From the NCBI GenBank assembly GCA_044892525.1, contig CM097887.1:60884001-60948000 (forward strand): DNA of 64,000 nucleotides. Reading direction: 5' to 3'. Positions 12,731 through 25,100 of the stretch are shown here, piece by piece. The notes under the pieces were generated by a model, which worked only from the letters and a program-made list of their open reading frames with translations, searched no databases and was not told the DNA's origin. This stretch comes from Schmidtea polychroa (Eukaryota). Numbering within the stretch: the first letter of the stretch is position 1; every line of letters begins with the position of its first letter. Position numbers and translations under genes: made by a program.

Positions 12731-14271
12731 TGTTGGTTACTTAGGGGTGTATCATTTTTACATTTTAAAATGCGTTAGGGTAATCATAATCGTTCGACTC
12801 TTTCCTAAGCACCTCCATGACTATTAAAATTTAAACCATTTGTGTACCCATGGTGACGACCATGTTGGTACTGTACACAAAGGCGAAAAAAACAATGAGC
12901 AGGTGAGCTCTATTACTAAAACTACTCCCCATTGTATTTTCTTTTCGGGTTCTAGACTGCCGATAGAAGGTCTTACGTCATTATTCACTGTGTATGCTAT
13001 TTTTGAATCGTTGTTGGTCCTCAATTACGGGTATTTCTAATTGTTCTCTTATAAAATTTTGTGCAGGGATCCGCCCTTATTTTCCAGCTAATAATTATTG
13101 TTCTACACTTCCTACAATATCTAAATTATCCTTTGAAAAATTTGAGCAGGGATTGGCCCTTATTTTCAAGTTAATCCACGCTTCCCATAATATTTACGTT
13201 ATACTTCAAAAAATTTGAGCAGGGATCTGCCTGTATTCTCAGTCCTAACCTACATTTGACCACAGTACTTCCAGCGATAGGACCCGTGAGGAAGCCCCCA
13301 CATTCCGGCCCAATCCAGCTGCGCGATTGAAAAACCAGCATACCCACCAGTCTGAGCATCCCGAAGGTACCTCAAACCATGATATGCTGAATCTCAATTC
13401 AGCGGTACTAACGTTCGTAATCAGTTAGTATAAAAATTGAACACAATAAAAATTATTATTTAATATCTGCAACTAAATGAAATTAAACAATTAAAAGAAA
13501 ATAACAAAAGAAAATTTAACTAAAAATTTTATTGTATATTAAATTTAATCATCTCATAAAATTACTACAACAATAAAAAATAAATTACCAAATCCACGTG
13601 GGCATAAAATCGAAAACTGAGAGCTTCACTGGCTACAACTAAATTTTGATGTTAGAGAAAAAGTAGTCTTAAATGAATTTGTGATCAGTATTTATACTGA
13701 TTTTTCATGCATTTGCTGCCACTCTATCCAATCAGAGTGCGAGAAATTTTTAATTAGTCTTGCATACCTGCATGAGTGTGTGCAATTGTTTATTTGTTTT
13801 AATTCAATAAATTTAATTAATTTCTTATTTAATTTTTATTAATTTTAATTTTATAAATTTTATAATTTAAATAATTTGAGTTATATTAATTTTTATTAAT
13901 TTAAACATTTTTATTCTTTAAATTTAATAAGTTAAATAACCATTTAATTCTATAAACTTTACAATTTATATAATGCTAACTAATTTTATTATTTTTGACG
14001 ATTTAATTTTTATATTGTTTAAATAATTTTCAACTAATTCTATTTTATATTTTATTATTTTTCTATTTAAATTTTTAAGTGTTGAATTTTTGTTAAATTT
14101 ATTTATCTCTTATTCTATTATACGGGGTTTATTGGTTCTTAATGTGTGATGTAATTTATTTCATTTATTTTAAATTAAACCTTGGTCATAAATTTTTCAA
14201 CTTTGCGGTTTTTGTGTTAGGTATTTTCGATCGATTAAAACAAACTCTCAGTTCTCGGCTTCAGCCCAACA
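12731..14271 (-). repeat. 3' LTR (1541 bp)
   Basis: Near-identical to 27392-28933. By eye only a 1-nt G-run indel (~12780) and one T/C substitution (~13534) differ. Contains three internal AAAATTTGAGCAGGGATCtGCCCTTATTTTC-like motifs (~13053, ~13136, ~13208). Confidence 0.95.
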
Positions 14272-15270
14272 AATCACTCCGGGACCCGTTAAAATTGCGT
14301 CCCGCAATTCTGTTAGACATATGAATTTCCCAGGTCATAGTCTATTACATTCCCATTTACCTATAAACATACTATAATAGCTTAAGACATGTTAGAATTC
14401 AATTAGCAGAAAAAGGTCTAAGCTCAAATTCAAGCAGTTGCCACATACAGTGACTGGTCATAATACATATACATACTGATACAGTGTCCAAACTCAAGTA
14501 CGAGTCATATGCAAAAGTTTTATTTCTGGATAAATTCATCAGTCGGTTGTTTCTCTCGCTTCTGGGCTCGGCCTCCGATCTTTCGTCTGGGTTGTGTAGG
14601 CATGTTTGGTCCCTGCTGTTGATTTTCATAGTTAGCTCGTAATATTTACTGAAGATCATAGGATTTTCTCTATCAGGGTTTGACTGTTGTTCCCTGATTC
14701 TCTTTGAATTTTTAGGCTGGGATTCCGGTTTTCTGGATCATTTGATGGTAGTTGACAGTCTTCGGGTGATTTGACACATAGATTTTTCTTTTGGTTTTTC
14801 TCGGTGGTTTTTGTTTACGGTATTGCTCTTATTAAGGAATTTTCTTTCTCTAATGGGTAACTCAAATTATCTTCGATTTGCGTCTTAGTTAGCTTGATTT
14901 GACTAACTTTCCAATGTCACTGGGGCTGTGACTTTGTCTCATTTATCAGGATCTTTTACCGTTCTCCTTAGTTTTGGGTTCCAAATTAGATATTACTTTT
15001 CGATATTCGTTTAACTCATTCTTTCTGGGTTTGTACTTTTATCTTTCTTCTGGATTTATATTCTTTCTTCTCATTTGAGCCTCTGTTCTCCTTTACCATT
15101 GTAAGGGTTCAAATTTAGTATTTTTCCAACTGATTACTTGATCCATTTCTATTTATACATCGATCTTTTGCCACATTATACATCAATTTATACCTATACA
15201 TCTAGTACATTTAATTTGCTATTTATACATCAATTTTTACATATGTTCACTTCCTTTTTACTATTTTCAT

Positions 15271-17832
15271 CTACACTTCCTCTTTAATTTCCGCCACATC
15301 CTTTGGACTACCCTTCTTCTTTTCCTTGGCCGTCACCATTTGTGTCTCTTCTGCCCCATCTTTGCATTTTTTTCGATTACTCGTTATTTCATTGATTCTT
15401 AATTCGGCTGACCTTGCTTCTTCTTTTAGTCGGAGTATCGTTGTCTTAAGTACCTCATTTTCTCTTGTTTTATTTTCTGCAACTTTTCTCCATATCATTA
15501 TCAATTCATCCTGTCTCGTTTCTTTTACAACCAGTTCCATTATTAACCTGCACTGTTCCACACATTGTCTCCTCAATTCCTCGTATGCGTTGGGTTTCAC
15601 CTGTTCCTTCACGTCATTTGTCCGTCTCTGTACATTTGTCGACTGTTGTTTTATTAACATTGGAGATTGATGTTTTCGTATCCCTGACTGACAAATTCTG
15701 TTTTCGACATAGTTTTTATTGTTTTGTTCTGTGGCGTATTCTCGTGACTGATCTCTCACTGGATTGGTCCCATTCGGACAGTTATTGACCAAATGTCCAG
15801 TTCTTTTACATTCGTAACACCTTTTTATGCGGCGACATTTATTTTTTCCGTGCTCATTTTTCTGACAATTCCCATGCGTCTTATCGAAGAACCGATAGCG
15901 CTCATTATGTCCTTGTGGTTGGTATTCGTTCCCGTAATTGTTTGTACTTGCGTCCCATTCGATATCTGGTTCGCACTCGCTTTCAGTTTTTAACGTGTTT
16001 ATGTCATGGTACTTTTCTTGCGTTTTTTCATTATTTCGTTTTTCGTGATTTTCGCCATTCTCCGATTCGCGCTTTTCCGGGATTACTGCAATTCCAACCT
16101 GACTATCGATGCCGGTATAATCTCTCTGATTGTCCTCAAATGGTTTGATGTTTTGATGGTCTAATATTACCTGTTCCAGTTTTTCAATTATTTCGCTTTC
16201 GATCCTTGAGTCCGGAATTTTTTGTAAATCTATTTCGTTGCTCGTTATCATTCTCATCATATTGATTTGTATTACTCTTTTTTGTTCTCTTTCCCACATT
16301 CTTTCTATCTTTTCCTTCTGGTTGTCGTTGGTGGTTAGTCTCATTATATCCATTTTTAAAAGTTCTTCCTTTCTCGTTCTCCAATATTTTTCTTCTCTTC
16401 TTGCCTGAGGTTCTTTTCGTTTACTCCATCTTTCTTCCGCTTCTCGTGCTTCCGCGATCTGTAAGGTATTCCATTCTCGTTGTTGTTTTGTTCGGATATT
16501 TTGAATTTGTAATGTGCCTCCCACACATTGTAATACATTTATTCTTGATTGTTGTTTTCCTTCCGCTTGAAACTGATAATCGATCATGTTACTGCACAGT
16601 CCTGTGAGAATTGTTATTTGATTTTGTATTTCAGCTAGTTGCTTTGCTGACGTATCCCTATTGTCACTCCATTGTTGGTTTCTTTTATTCGTACATGCAA
16701 CTGCTAGATGGTCTCCTTGTCCGCACGAGAAACATTTTTTGGATACTCCACATCTTACTGCGGTATGTCCTTTCTTACCGCAATTCCAACATCTTCTTTG
16801 CCCATGACATTCATCGAGCCAGTGTCCTTGTCTCTTGCAGTCATCACAAAATTTTCCAATGTTTCTATTATTCAACCTCTTGCTTTTGTTGTCATTTTCG
16901 TTTCTTTGATTATTGTTGTTATGACTCCACTGTCTGTGGTGTTGGGGTTGATTATCTGCGATAGGCCTCCTACTTGGTGGTTGTGTTACTTTGTTGTACA
17001 TTTCACATACATTCGCTGCCTCTACTGCCTTGTCCAGCGTCTTGCAGATTTTGCATCCGACTACACCTTTAATGTCATCTCGTCGCAATCCTTTTACAAA
17101 TTGGGTTACTAGTTGTGTTTCCATATCCTTTTCACTGAACAGCGGTTTGGCTAGACGTCTTAGTGCGCTTGCGTAAAGTATATATGATTCATTCACTGCT
17201 TGTCCTCGATTGAAGAATTCTAGAAATTTGTATTGCGCATCTTTTGCTTCTCCAAATGTTTTTATCAGAGCTTCCTTAATTTCTTTCCAGGTTTTTAGTG
17301 GGGTTGTACACTCTTTTATTCCGACGTACCAATTAAACGCGTCGTCTGCTAGATATATTGGGAGTCTTCTCACTATCATTTCGGGTGTCCATTTTAGAGC
17401 ATCGCAATAAGATTCAAAATGTTGGATGAAGTTTGATAGTTTGTTCGGTTTTCCATCGAATTTTTCGCCATTGTATTTTCCTTGAAAATTGAATATCTCC
17501 ATTTCACTGAGTCTCTTGTTGATCGCTTCCATTTGGGCTGCTGTATCTACCATCTCTAATTGTATTCTTTTTCCGTTTGTCTTTTCTTTTATTAGGTTTA
17601 TGTCACTTTTATTATTTCTGTTTTCAGATAGAGTTTTTCCTTCCTGAGGTTCTGATACGCGTATTACGCTTCTTGGCCTATTGTTTTCGAAATCCTTTTC
17701 ACTGCTTCCTTTTATGGATCGACTTTTGGTCTTTGAGATGTCTTTTTGATTTTGCTTTTTGATTTCTTGTGCTTGCGTGGGTTTAATAGTTCGTCTTCCT
17801 TTCTTTGCAACTTTTAATTCTTCTTCTTTCAA
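15271..17832 (-). CDS. gag: Retrotransposon Gag-like polyprotein (853-codon open frame; first ATG at 17553)
   Basis: Capsid-like segment KFDGKPNKLSNFIQHFESYCDALKW...LPIYLADDAFNWY...TWKEIKEALIKTF...YASALRRLA...FVKGL. CCHC knuckles CDDCKRQGHWLDEC, CWNCGKKGHTAVRC, CFSCGQGDHLAVAC and a distal CYECKRTGHLVNNC. Coiled-coil-like tail. Confidence 0.88.
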   Translation of the reverse strand: MKEEELKVAKKGRRTIKPTQAQEIKKQNQKDISKTKSRSIKGSSEKDFENNRPRSVIRVSEPQEGKTLSENRNNKSDINLIKEKTNGKRIQLEMVDTAAQMEAINKRLSEMEIFNFQGKYNGEKFDGKPNKLSNFIQHFESYCDALKWTPEMIVRRLPIYLADDAFNWYVGIKECTTPLKTWKEIKEALIKTFGEAKDAQYKFLEFFNRGQAVNESYILYASALRRLAKPLFSEKDMETQLVTQFVKGLRRDDIKGVVGCKICKTLDKAVEAANVCEMYNKVTQPPSRRPIADNQPQHHRQWSHNNNNQRNENDNKSKRLNNRNIGKFCDDCKRQGHWLDECHGQRRCWNCGKKGHTAVRCGVSKKCFSCGQGDHLAVACTNKRNQQWSDNRDTSAKQLAEIQNQITILTGLCSNMIDYQFQAEGKQQSRINVLQCVGGTLQIQNIRTKQQREWNTLQIAEAREAEERWSKRKEPQARREEKYWRTRKEELLKMDIMRLTTNDNQKEKIERMWEREQKRVIQINMMRMITSNEIDLQKIPDSRIESEIIEKLEQVILDHQNIKPFEDNQRDYTGIDSQVGIAVIPEKRESENGENHEKRNNEKTQEKYHDINTLKTESECEPDIEWDASTNNYGNEYQPQGHNERYRFFDKTHGNCQKNEHGKNKCRRIKRCYECKRTGHLVNNCPNGTNPVRDQSREYATEQNNKNYVENRICQSGIRKHQSPMLIKQQSTNVQRRTNDVKEQVKPNAYEELRRQCVEQCRLIMELVVKETRQDELIMIWRKVAENKTRENEVLKTTILRLKEEARSAELRINEITSNRKKCKDGAEETQMVTAKEKKKGSPKDVAEIKEEV

Positions 17833-18433
17833 TAAACTTGGTTCTATTATTAGCTGTTTTGATCTGGTATGCTTTGTTATTGGTTCAATATTTCTGAACT
17901 TGGCTTAATTATTTGACAATAACTTCTATTTGATTGCTGATACTTGGCTATTGACTTGATTGATTGATTTACCTGAATAGAAAAATATCACTTCTCCCTA
18001 TCGTTTATTATATTTATAAATTATAATATATATATTATATAGTGTAATTGCAATATTTTTACTTTGGTTTCTTTGGGTACCGGCATATCTTAATATTCAT
18101 TTCGTCGTTATTTTTGTTTACGCATTGGTCCTCAAATTATTCTTAACTCGATTCTCCATTATCCATTCTATATCCTCATCTATTCTCCTACATGGTTGTC
18201 TATTTTCAATTCGTTTTTCGTCTTTTTCCTTCACAATCTTATTTATTTTCAGTTATATATCCGTCAATGACTTCGGCCGTATTCTCGTTTATATTCTCGT
18301 CTATGTTTCTTCCAGGTACTCATCTATATTCTCGTTTATCTTTCCTTTTACATTCTCGTCTATATTCACGTCTGTTATTTCCGTTTCTATTCTTAGCCAT
18401 TATTCTCATTTATATTCGTGTCAATTATTCGTG

Positions 18434-19170
18434 TCTATTATTTGCATCTATTATTTGCATCTATTATTCGCATCTATTATTCGCATCTATTATTCGCATC
18501 TATTATTCGCATCTATTATTCGCATCTATTATTCGCATCTATTATTCGCATCTATTATTCGCATCTATTATTCGCATCTATTATTCGCATCTATTATTCG
18601 CATCTATTATTCGCATCTATTATTCGCATCTATTATTCGCATCTATTATTCGCATCTATTATTCGCATCTATTATTCGCATCTATTATTCGCATCTATTA
18701 TTCGCATCTATTATTCGCATCTATTATTCGCATCTATTATTCGCATCTATTATTCGCATCTATTATTCACATTTATTATTCGCATCTATTATTTGCATCT
18801 ATTATTCGCATCTATTATTCGCATCTATTATTCACATTTATTATTCGCATCTATTATTTGCATCTATTATTCGCATCTATTATTCGCATCTATTATTCGC
18901 ATCTATTATTCGCATCTATTATTCGCATCTATTATTCGCATCTATTATTCGCATCTATTATTCGCATCTATTATTCGCATCTATTATTCGCATCTATTAT
19001 TCGCATCTATTATTCGCATCTATTATTCGCATCTATTATTCGCATCTATTATTCGCATCTATTATTCGCATCTATTATTCGCATCTATTATTCGCATCTA
19101 TTATTCGCATCTATTATTCGCATCTATTATTCGCATCTATTATTCGCATCTATTATTCGCATCTATTATT
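18434..19170. repeat. 13-bp tandem array (CTATTATTCGCAT) x ~57 inside the LTR element
   Basis: Highly homogeneous units. A variant block (TTCACATTT...TTTGCAT) recurs 65 bp apart (18766, 18831). Degenerate TATATTCTCGTC-like units precede the array at ~18280-18430. Confidence 0.97.
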
Positions 19171-22100
19171 CATCTACTGGTTATCTTATGAATTTAATCT
19201 TTAAGCTCTAATTGTTTCTCTTTACTTCGCTTTGTCTTTTTCCAGTTACTTGGACTTCCTTTTATTTCTCCTACATGCTTCTTTTTACTACTCTTCCAGG
19301 TTTTCCCCACTCTCCTGACTTCGGATGCGAAACACTCGCACTGGTCGATCTCCGATCGTGTGGTGATCAGTCACACGCAGAGATGTTCCAGTATATGCGA
19401 TGGGCCCTGTTCCACATCTTTCGTCAGAACAGTTGGTACTTTCCTGGGCCTTATCCGCACTACGCTGAGCGTAGCTCATAGGTTGTGGATTTCTTAAACC
19501 CAAAAAAAAATTTTCCTTATTCATTTGCTCTCAATTTTCGTAAGACTTTATTCTCATTTTTACGTCGTGCTCTTACTCTACTTATCTCGATTACCCTTGG
19601 TCCTTCTTCATTATTCTAAATATATCCCCATCTCTTGTCTAGTTAACGTCTTATTGCTATCGCTTTTACTCTTACCGCTTCGGTTGACTTGTTTCTCGTT
19701 AATATGCTCACTATTTCCTCAGGCAGATCCCTCTCGCATTATTTGTTAATATTAGTTTATCCATTTTATTCGTTACCCTTCTATTCGTTAATGATTTATT
19801 TACGAAACATCCCTGCTCAATTTTGTAATTTATCGCTTCCGTATTTGTATATTTTCCTCAGCTTTGATTTTTTATGTTACCTCTCACTGATTTCCCCGTC
19901 ATAATGTTTCTCATTTCGTATATTTTACGTTTTCAAAATTTGTTTGTTGTTTTTCTGTTTATGGGCCTCTTTGTTCCACTCCCTATATTTTAGGTTTTTA
20001 ACTTATTTCCGCGTCTATTTGATATTTTACTTTTGGCGCGTAACTTTGATTGGTCATTTATTTTCATTATCTCATTTAATTGTTTATCTATGTCTACATA
20101 TACACGCATATACTTATACATATACCCTTATCCATAAACATATATTCATATACTCATATCCACCTATATCTGGATATCTACATCTGTACGCATTTCTCCC
20201 TAGCTGTTCGTGGAGTGGTTGATATTATTGCATTTATCGTTTCTGAATTTATTCAATCTCACAATTGCAACTTTTTGTTTTGTAATAAAAGTAGACAGTT
20301 CGTTCGTTTTTCATTATTGTAACTTTTTGTTCCATCGTAAAAGTAGGCAGTATGTTCGTTTTCCATAACTAAAACTTTTGTTCCATGTTTCTAATTGGTC
20401 TCATTTTTGTTAGTATCTCTCGTTATTTTAATTTTCCGTGTCATGATGTTAAGCTTTCACTTTTGTTCTATTATAATGTATCGCGTTTCATTTTATATTT
20501 GTTGTTTCTCGTAATTTTGATTTTTCATTCAAATGTCTTTGCCCTTGCTTTCTTTCTGTGAATTTGTTACTTGTTGTTTTCTGTTTGTTCATTTCGTTTT
20601 GTGTTTTCCTTGTCATTTTTATTGTGTTTATTTGTTCACATTCTATTTTGTTATATGTGCGCTCTTCATTTTCTGTCCATCATGTTTTTGTATAATTTTC
20701 CCGATTGTTCCTATTACTACTCATGTCCATTTTGACTTTCATCTTGATCTGCCGTTTGTTGTTGTCCTAGTTTGATCTCATTTTTCCTCCGCGTCTTCGC
20801 AAAATGTCGTCCCCGACATTCATTATTTTATTTATTATTATGTGTTCTCTCGGTTCTCAGTATTTTGTTCTCGTGTCCTCTCTACCATATTTTCTAAACG
20901 TCCATTTTCTCTGATTAATTTTCCTTATTCTTAAATAAGTGTAGATTTTAATATTTTTGATTTTCGCATTATTTTATCTTTGTTTATGGTGATCGGTCCT
21001 CTACTTTTATTATATATCATTTTTGGTTGGGGTGTATACACTGATATATGCGATTATTTATATACAATTAGTCCTCTTTTTGGCACTCAGTTCTGCCATT
21101 ACCGTCTCTTTTCCATGTTATGACCCTGCTGATAGTTCGTTGTTTTTCCTCCTTTACGCAAAATACGGATACGGTGTTCTTCTGATCAGTCCACCTCCCC
21201 TCGGAATATTTTACTCATCATCTTATAACAATTTTCAATGAATACTATGCTGGATTTGTTATAACTATTTGTACTTCATCTTCAGCTCCCTGCGTTTTCG
21301 TTTTCCCGTTTCCTTTTCCCGTCTGATATTCTCCGTTACATTCTGACCATATCTTTCTCTCTTTGTTTTCCTCAGTTTTCTTAGTAGTTCATTTCTTGCA
21401 TTCGGCTTTATCATTAGAGTCGTTCCATTTCTCTTTACTTTAGTTCAATTTTTCCTCTCTGATCCTTGATTATTCTCTCATGAACAAATTCATTATTCAA
21501 ATTTTCGATTAGATTGTTCCTCCATGAGATTCCTTGCTTCTGTATAGCTAATGTTATTTACTATAATATGACGCTTTTCTGCTTCCATATTTCTCCTGTG
21601 GTGGTATTGGGATTGATTTCCAATGTGATCCGTCTCATTCTATCAATTCACCTACATTGATTCCTAATCTTTTATCTGAATTTTATTTCATTTTACTTCC
21701 CGAAGTTATATACTAATCATACCGCGCTAATATATATACATATATTTTTATATAATCATATATCTTTATATATTCATTGTTCACACTATATATAGTCATA
21801 ACCCTTTCTATGTATGTGGGTTCGTAATTCGTGATACTTTCTAGATCTCTTTTCACTGTTCTTAGTTTAGTGTTCTGTACTCTTTTATTTACTGTATATT
21901 TCACCCGTCTGGTTCTAATTGTGTCCCATTCTCTATTGTTGACGTTGGATAATTTTTCATAGTTCGTTCCGGTCATTAATATGAGTATCGTGCGTATAAC
22001 CGTCTCTTATATTCATATTACTTTGGCTAACCTTGAGCTTCCTGGTTTCTTTCGCTGGATCATTTTCGTTGATATCCATCATGCTATTCTCGTATCTTGT

Positions 22101-25100
22101 ATATTTACTTTCATTGATTTCTCTATATACTTTGTTATTCTCCCGAGTCGTTTACATAAGTTTTAGAATTCATTTTCTACGTACTCTTGGTGTCTGTGAT
22201 GTTCGCCTATTTTGCAAAGTTTTTCACTGCCTTTTAACTTAGCTCCCGTGCCTTTGTCACGGAGATTTTATTTCGATTTATTTTTGCTCCATTTTTATAC
22301 TGTGATTTTATTTTTTAACAGTTACTCTCGATTGTCTTTGGTTCAGATTTATTTTTCGAGTTACCAGCAAGTTTTATCCCTTCATCTATCCTACAGACAA
22401 GTTTAGTTCTTGTGTTTGTTCTTTTACTTAACGCTTTTGTTCATTCTAGGTGTTGATGATATATAGTTATTATTTCTATTCGTGATTTTTCGATGTCATT
22501 TCCATGTCTTCACTTTCTTTTACTTTCAGTAAAATATGTTGATTCGCTCTGTTTCGTCTGGTAAACTCATCTCTTTTATCCTTAATGTCGTTCGTCTCAG
22601 ATTCGCATTTGCAGAAGCTAAGGCATGGTTATCATTTGTTTTATTTATCGTTTGGTGCTTTGTTATTGTCGAGTTTTATCGTATTTTACATTTGAATGTT
22701 TATTCAATCGTTTTTAGGGTTTAATCTTTTCCTTTTACCGACGCTTTCAACATCCTTGGGTACTCTACCCTTGGCTTGGTATGTGTAGAAAGTATTACAG
22801 GTAGAGCATAATTGGTGTAAACATTCCTTATCATATACTGTATGTATCGACAACTCAATACCAGAATCATATGTAGCTTACTTTTTCATAAACCCCCTAA
22901 TCCATACATTCTTATATATCATATGCATATAATCATTCATACTATTAATTCTTCATCTATCAGTGTACCTTCCAAGAAGTTTCCATACTACGAAGACCAT
23001 CACTACATTCATTCACCAATTTGGCAGTATTTGTTCAAAAATTCACATTTCATAGTTTTATAACATAAATATTATCGCGAGTCAGAACAATCATTCCACA
23101 ACAAAACTCAAAACAGACTACTAATTCATCATTCCAATGCAATTTAATCCACGAAGAATATCTCTATTTGTGCCCACAAAAGCAATACATTGATTATCCC
23201 ATTACTGACTAACAGTAATTATTTAAGTGCATATAAATTTATATACAAGTACAAAATGCCATAGTAACATAATTAATAATCATTTTCATGCATGCAAATT
23301 TGACAATTTTCTGTTTTATTTTAACCAATTAGATCAAAAATAGAAAGTCATACATAATTTTATTAGAAACTGAATTTTGAAATACTTATAAAACATACTG
23401 GCTTTAATTAGTAAAGTCCATAAAATCAATAAAAAATATATATAACCATTCCAACTATACTGTACTGAAAAGTCGCTCTCTTGAAAATACAGGAACAATC
23501 TACTGGAATAAATTTATGGTGTAACAGAAGCCGATAAAAATCCATATTTTTAGCTGACACATCAACATACGAACACACTTGATTTTGTATGACCGGGTAT
23601 TGACCGACACATCCACCATACATACAGATGCTGGATCTGCACAGAAAAGCGACATAGAAAGAGCTTTGTTTACCGCCCAGCTTTGTTTCAGCACTGAACC
23701 TCGCGGTGTTATCAATGCCAATCCCTTCGTTAACTTTCTACAACCACTCTGCATTGCAAGGCCGCCCCATACACTGACTGATAACGCAACATTATCACTC
23801 AACCATGGAACAAACACCTCTCATCATTGCGGTAGTGCTCAAATGCGCGTCTGAACACGCCATTGAGTCAAATCACGCGTTGCGCATCACTGCGTCTCCT
23901 CCGATATTTAGGTATCGACACATCAAATGGACCGCCTACTTGATTGGCAGATAAATTGTGGCCTAATGCCACCAGCGCCGCTCTCGAGTGGTCTCTCAAT
24001 CAAAATGAAATATTGATAGCGGCATTTCACAAAGGGAGATAATAAGTTTATTTCGAAGTGAGAATTGACCGACGTTATGTTATGCATACACACAACCCGT
24101 ACATGCATACGTATAGTAAGAGAGAGCGCCAGATTTAGAACCGCACATAGATTGTGCATCATCCTTGGTTACTCCCGCTAATATTTTTAAATCAGATTTG
24201 AATACATTCAATTGAGTATTAAAAACGTCGAAAATATTTTCTCAAGTCGTTGAATCTTGGCACCAAATTTATAAATTCTTCAGTAACGTTAGTTAACGTC
24301 TACACCTCGAATAAATATTATATATTATTTTTGACGTATGCATATATTTGATGCTGGTTTAGTCAATCCGATCCAATGTCGGCCAAATTAACTAATATGT
24401 TACCTTCAAGTTTAAAAATTTGCTTTTAATGTACGTATGAAGATGTTATTTGTTTTTGTAGTAGGAGTATTTGATCCATTTGTTTCATCACTTCCTTATA
24501 ATAATAATTATAATAATAATTCTTATTGACAAAAGTAAGTCTACAATCCCGTGCTCTTAAAAATTATATTTTTTTTTTCTAATTGGTATTTCCAAATTTA
24601 ATAATATGTAATTTGTTAATAATTGTTTATTGCCGTGTTTTACATTTTCTAAACTTCTTATCATGAGTATTGTAGATAGATGTTCTACTCTCTGTAATAT
24701 TGTACGTTTGTATAACCATTTTTCAAACTTTTGAACGTAGATATTACGTTGAAATATTACCGTAAATAAATCATATCTTTATATAACCTTGATAGAAAAT
24801 AATAAATGAATTATGTAATAATAAGAAATATAATTCAATAATCAATATATCATCAGATAATTTAATTGATCTATTTATGGTTATCAAAGCAATGAATATT
24901 GAATAAAAATCAATAATTTCAGTACGTATGTTGATAATTATTAATCTTTATATTTAATTCTTTTATTAATGTATAAATCACATCGGAGTTAAACAGCAAA
25001 ACGTCAAAAATCGACGGTTAATGTCGCAAAGGATTTTGTTATTTGAATTGCACCATTGGCGTTTAATACGACCACCGCTCTGAGATTCATAAATCATCAA

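Noticed and set aside
12824-13359. Small ORFs duplicated at 27486-28021
   Set aside because: They repeat only because they lie in the LTRs. They are 62-74 aa with no recognisable domain.
13690-13732. TATA and CCAAT boxes in the LTR
   Set aside because: Such motifs are frequent in AT-rich DNA on both strands and cannot be assigned without TSS data.
15326-17762. Many short + strand ORFs overlapping gag
   Set aside because: Antisense shadows of the A-rich gag frame.
18434-19170. CRISPR-like array
   Set aside because: Units are head-to-tail with no unique spacers, the context is eukaryotic and there are no cas genes.
18125-19211. Three long + strand ORFs (359, 339 and 257 aa) with SHLLFASIIRIYY repeats
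   Set aside because: Artefact of the 13-bp array, which has no stop on + and cycles through all frames. No independent coding evidence.
22760-22830. Minus-strand CLHQLCSTC RING-like motif in the element leader
   Set aside because: The upstream CxxC pair is missing and the frame is closed nearby, so it is likely chance.
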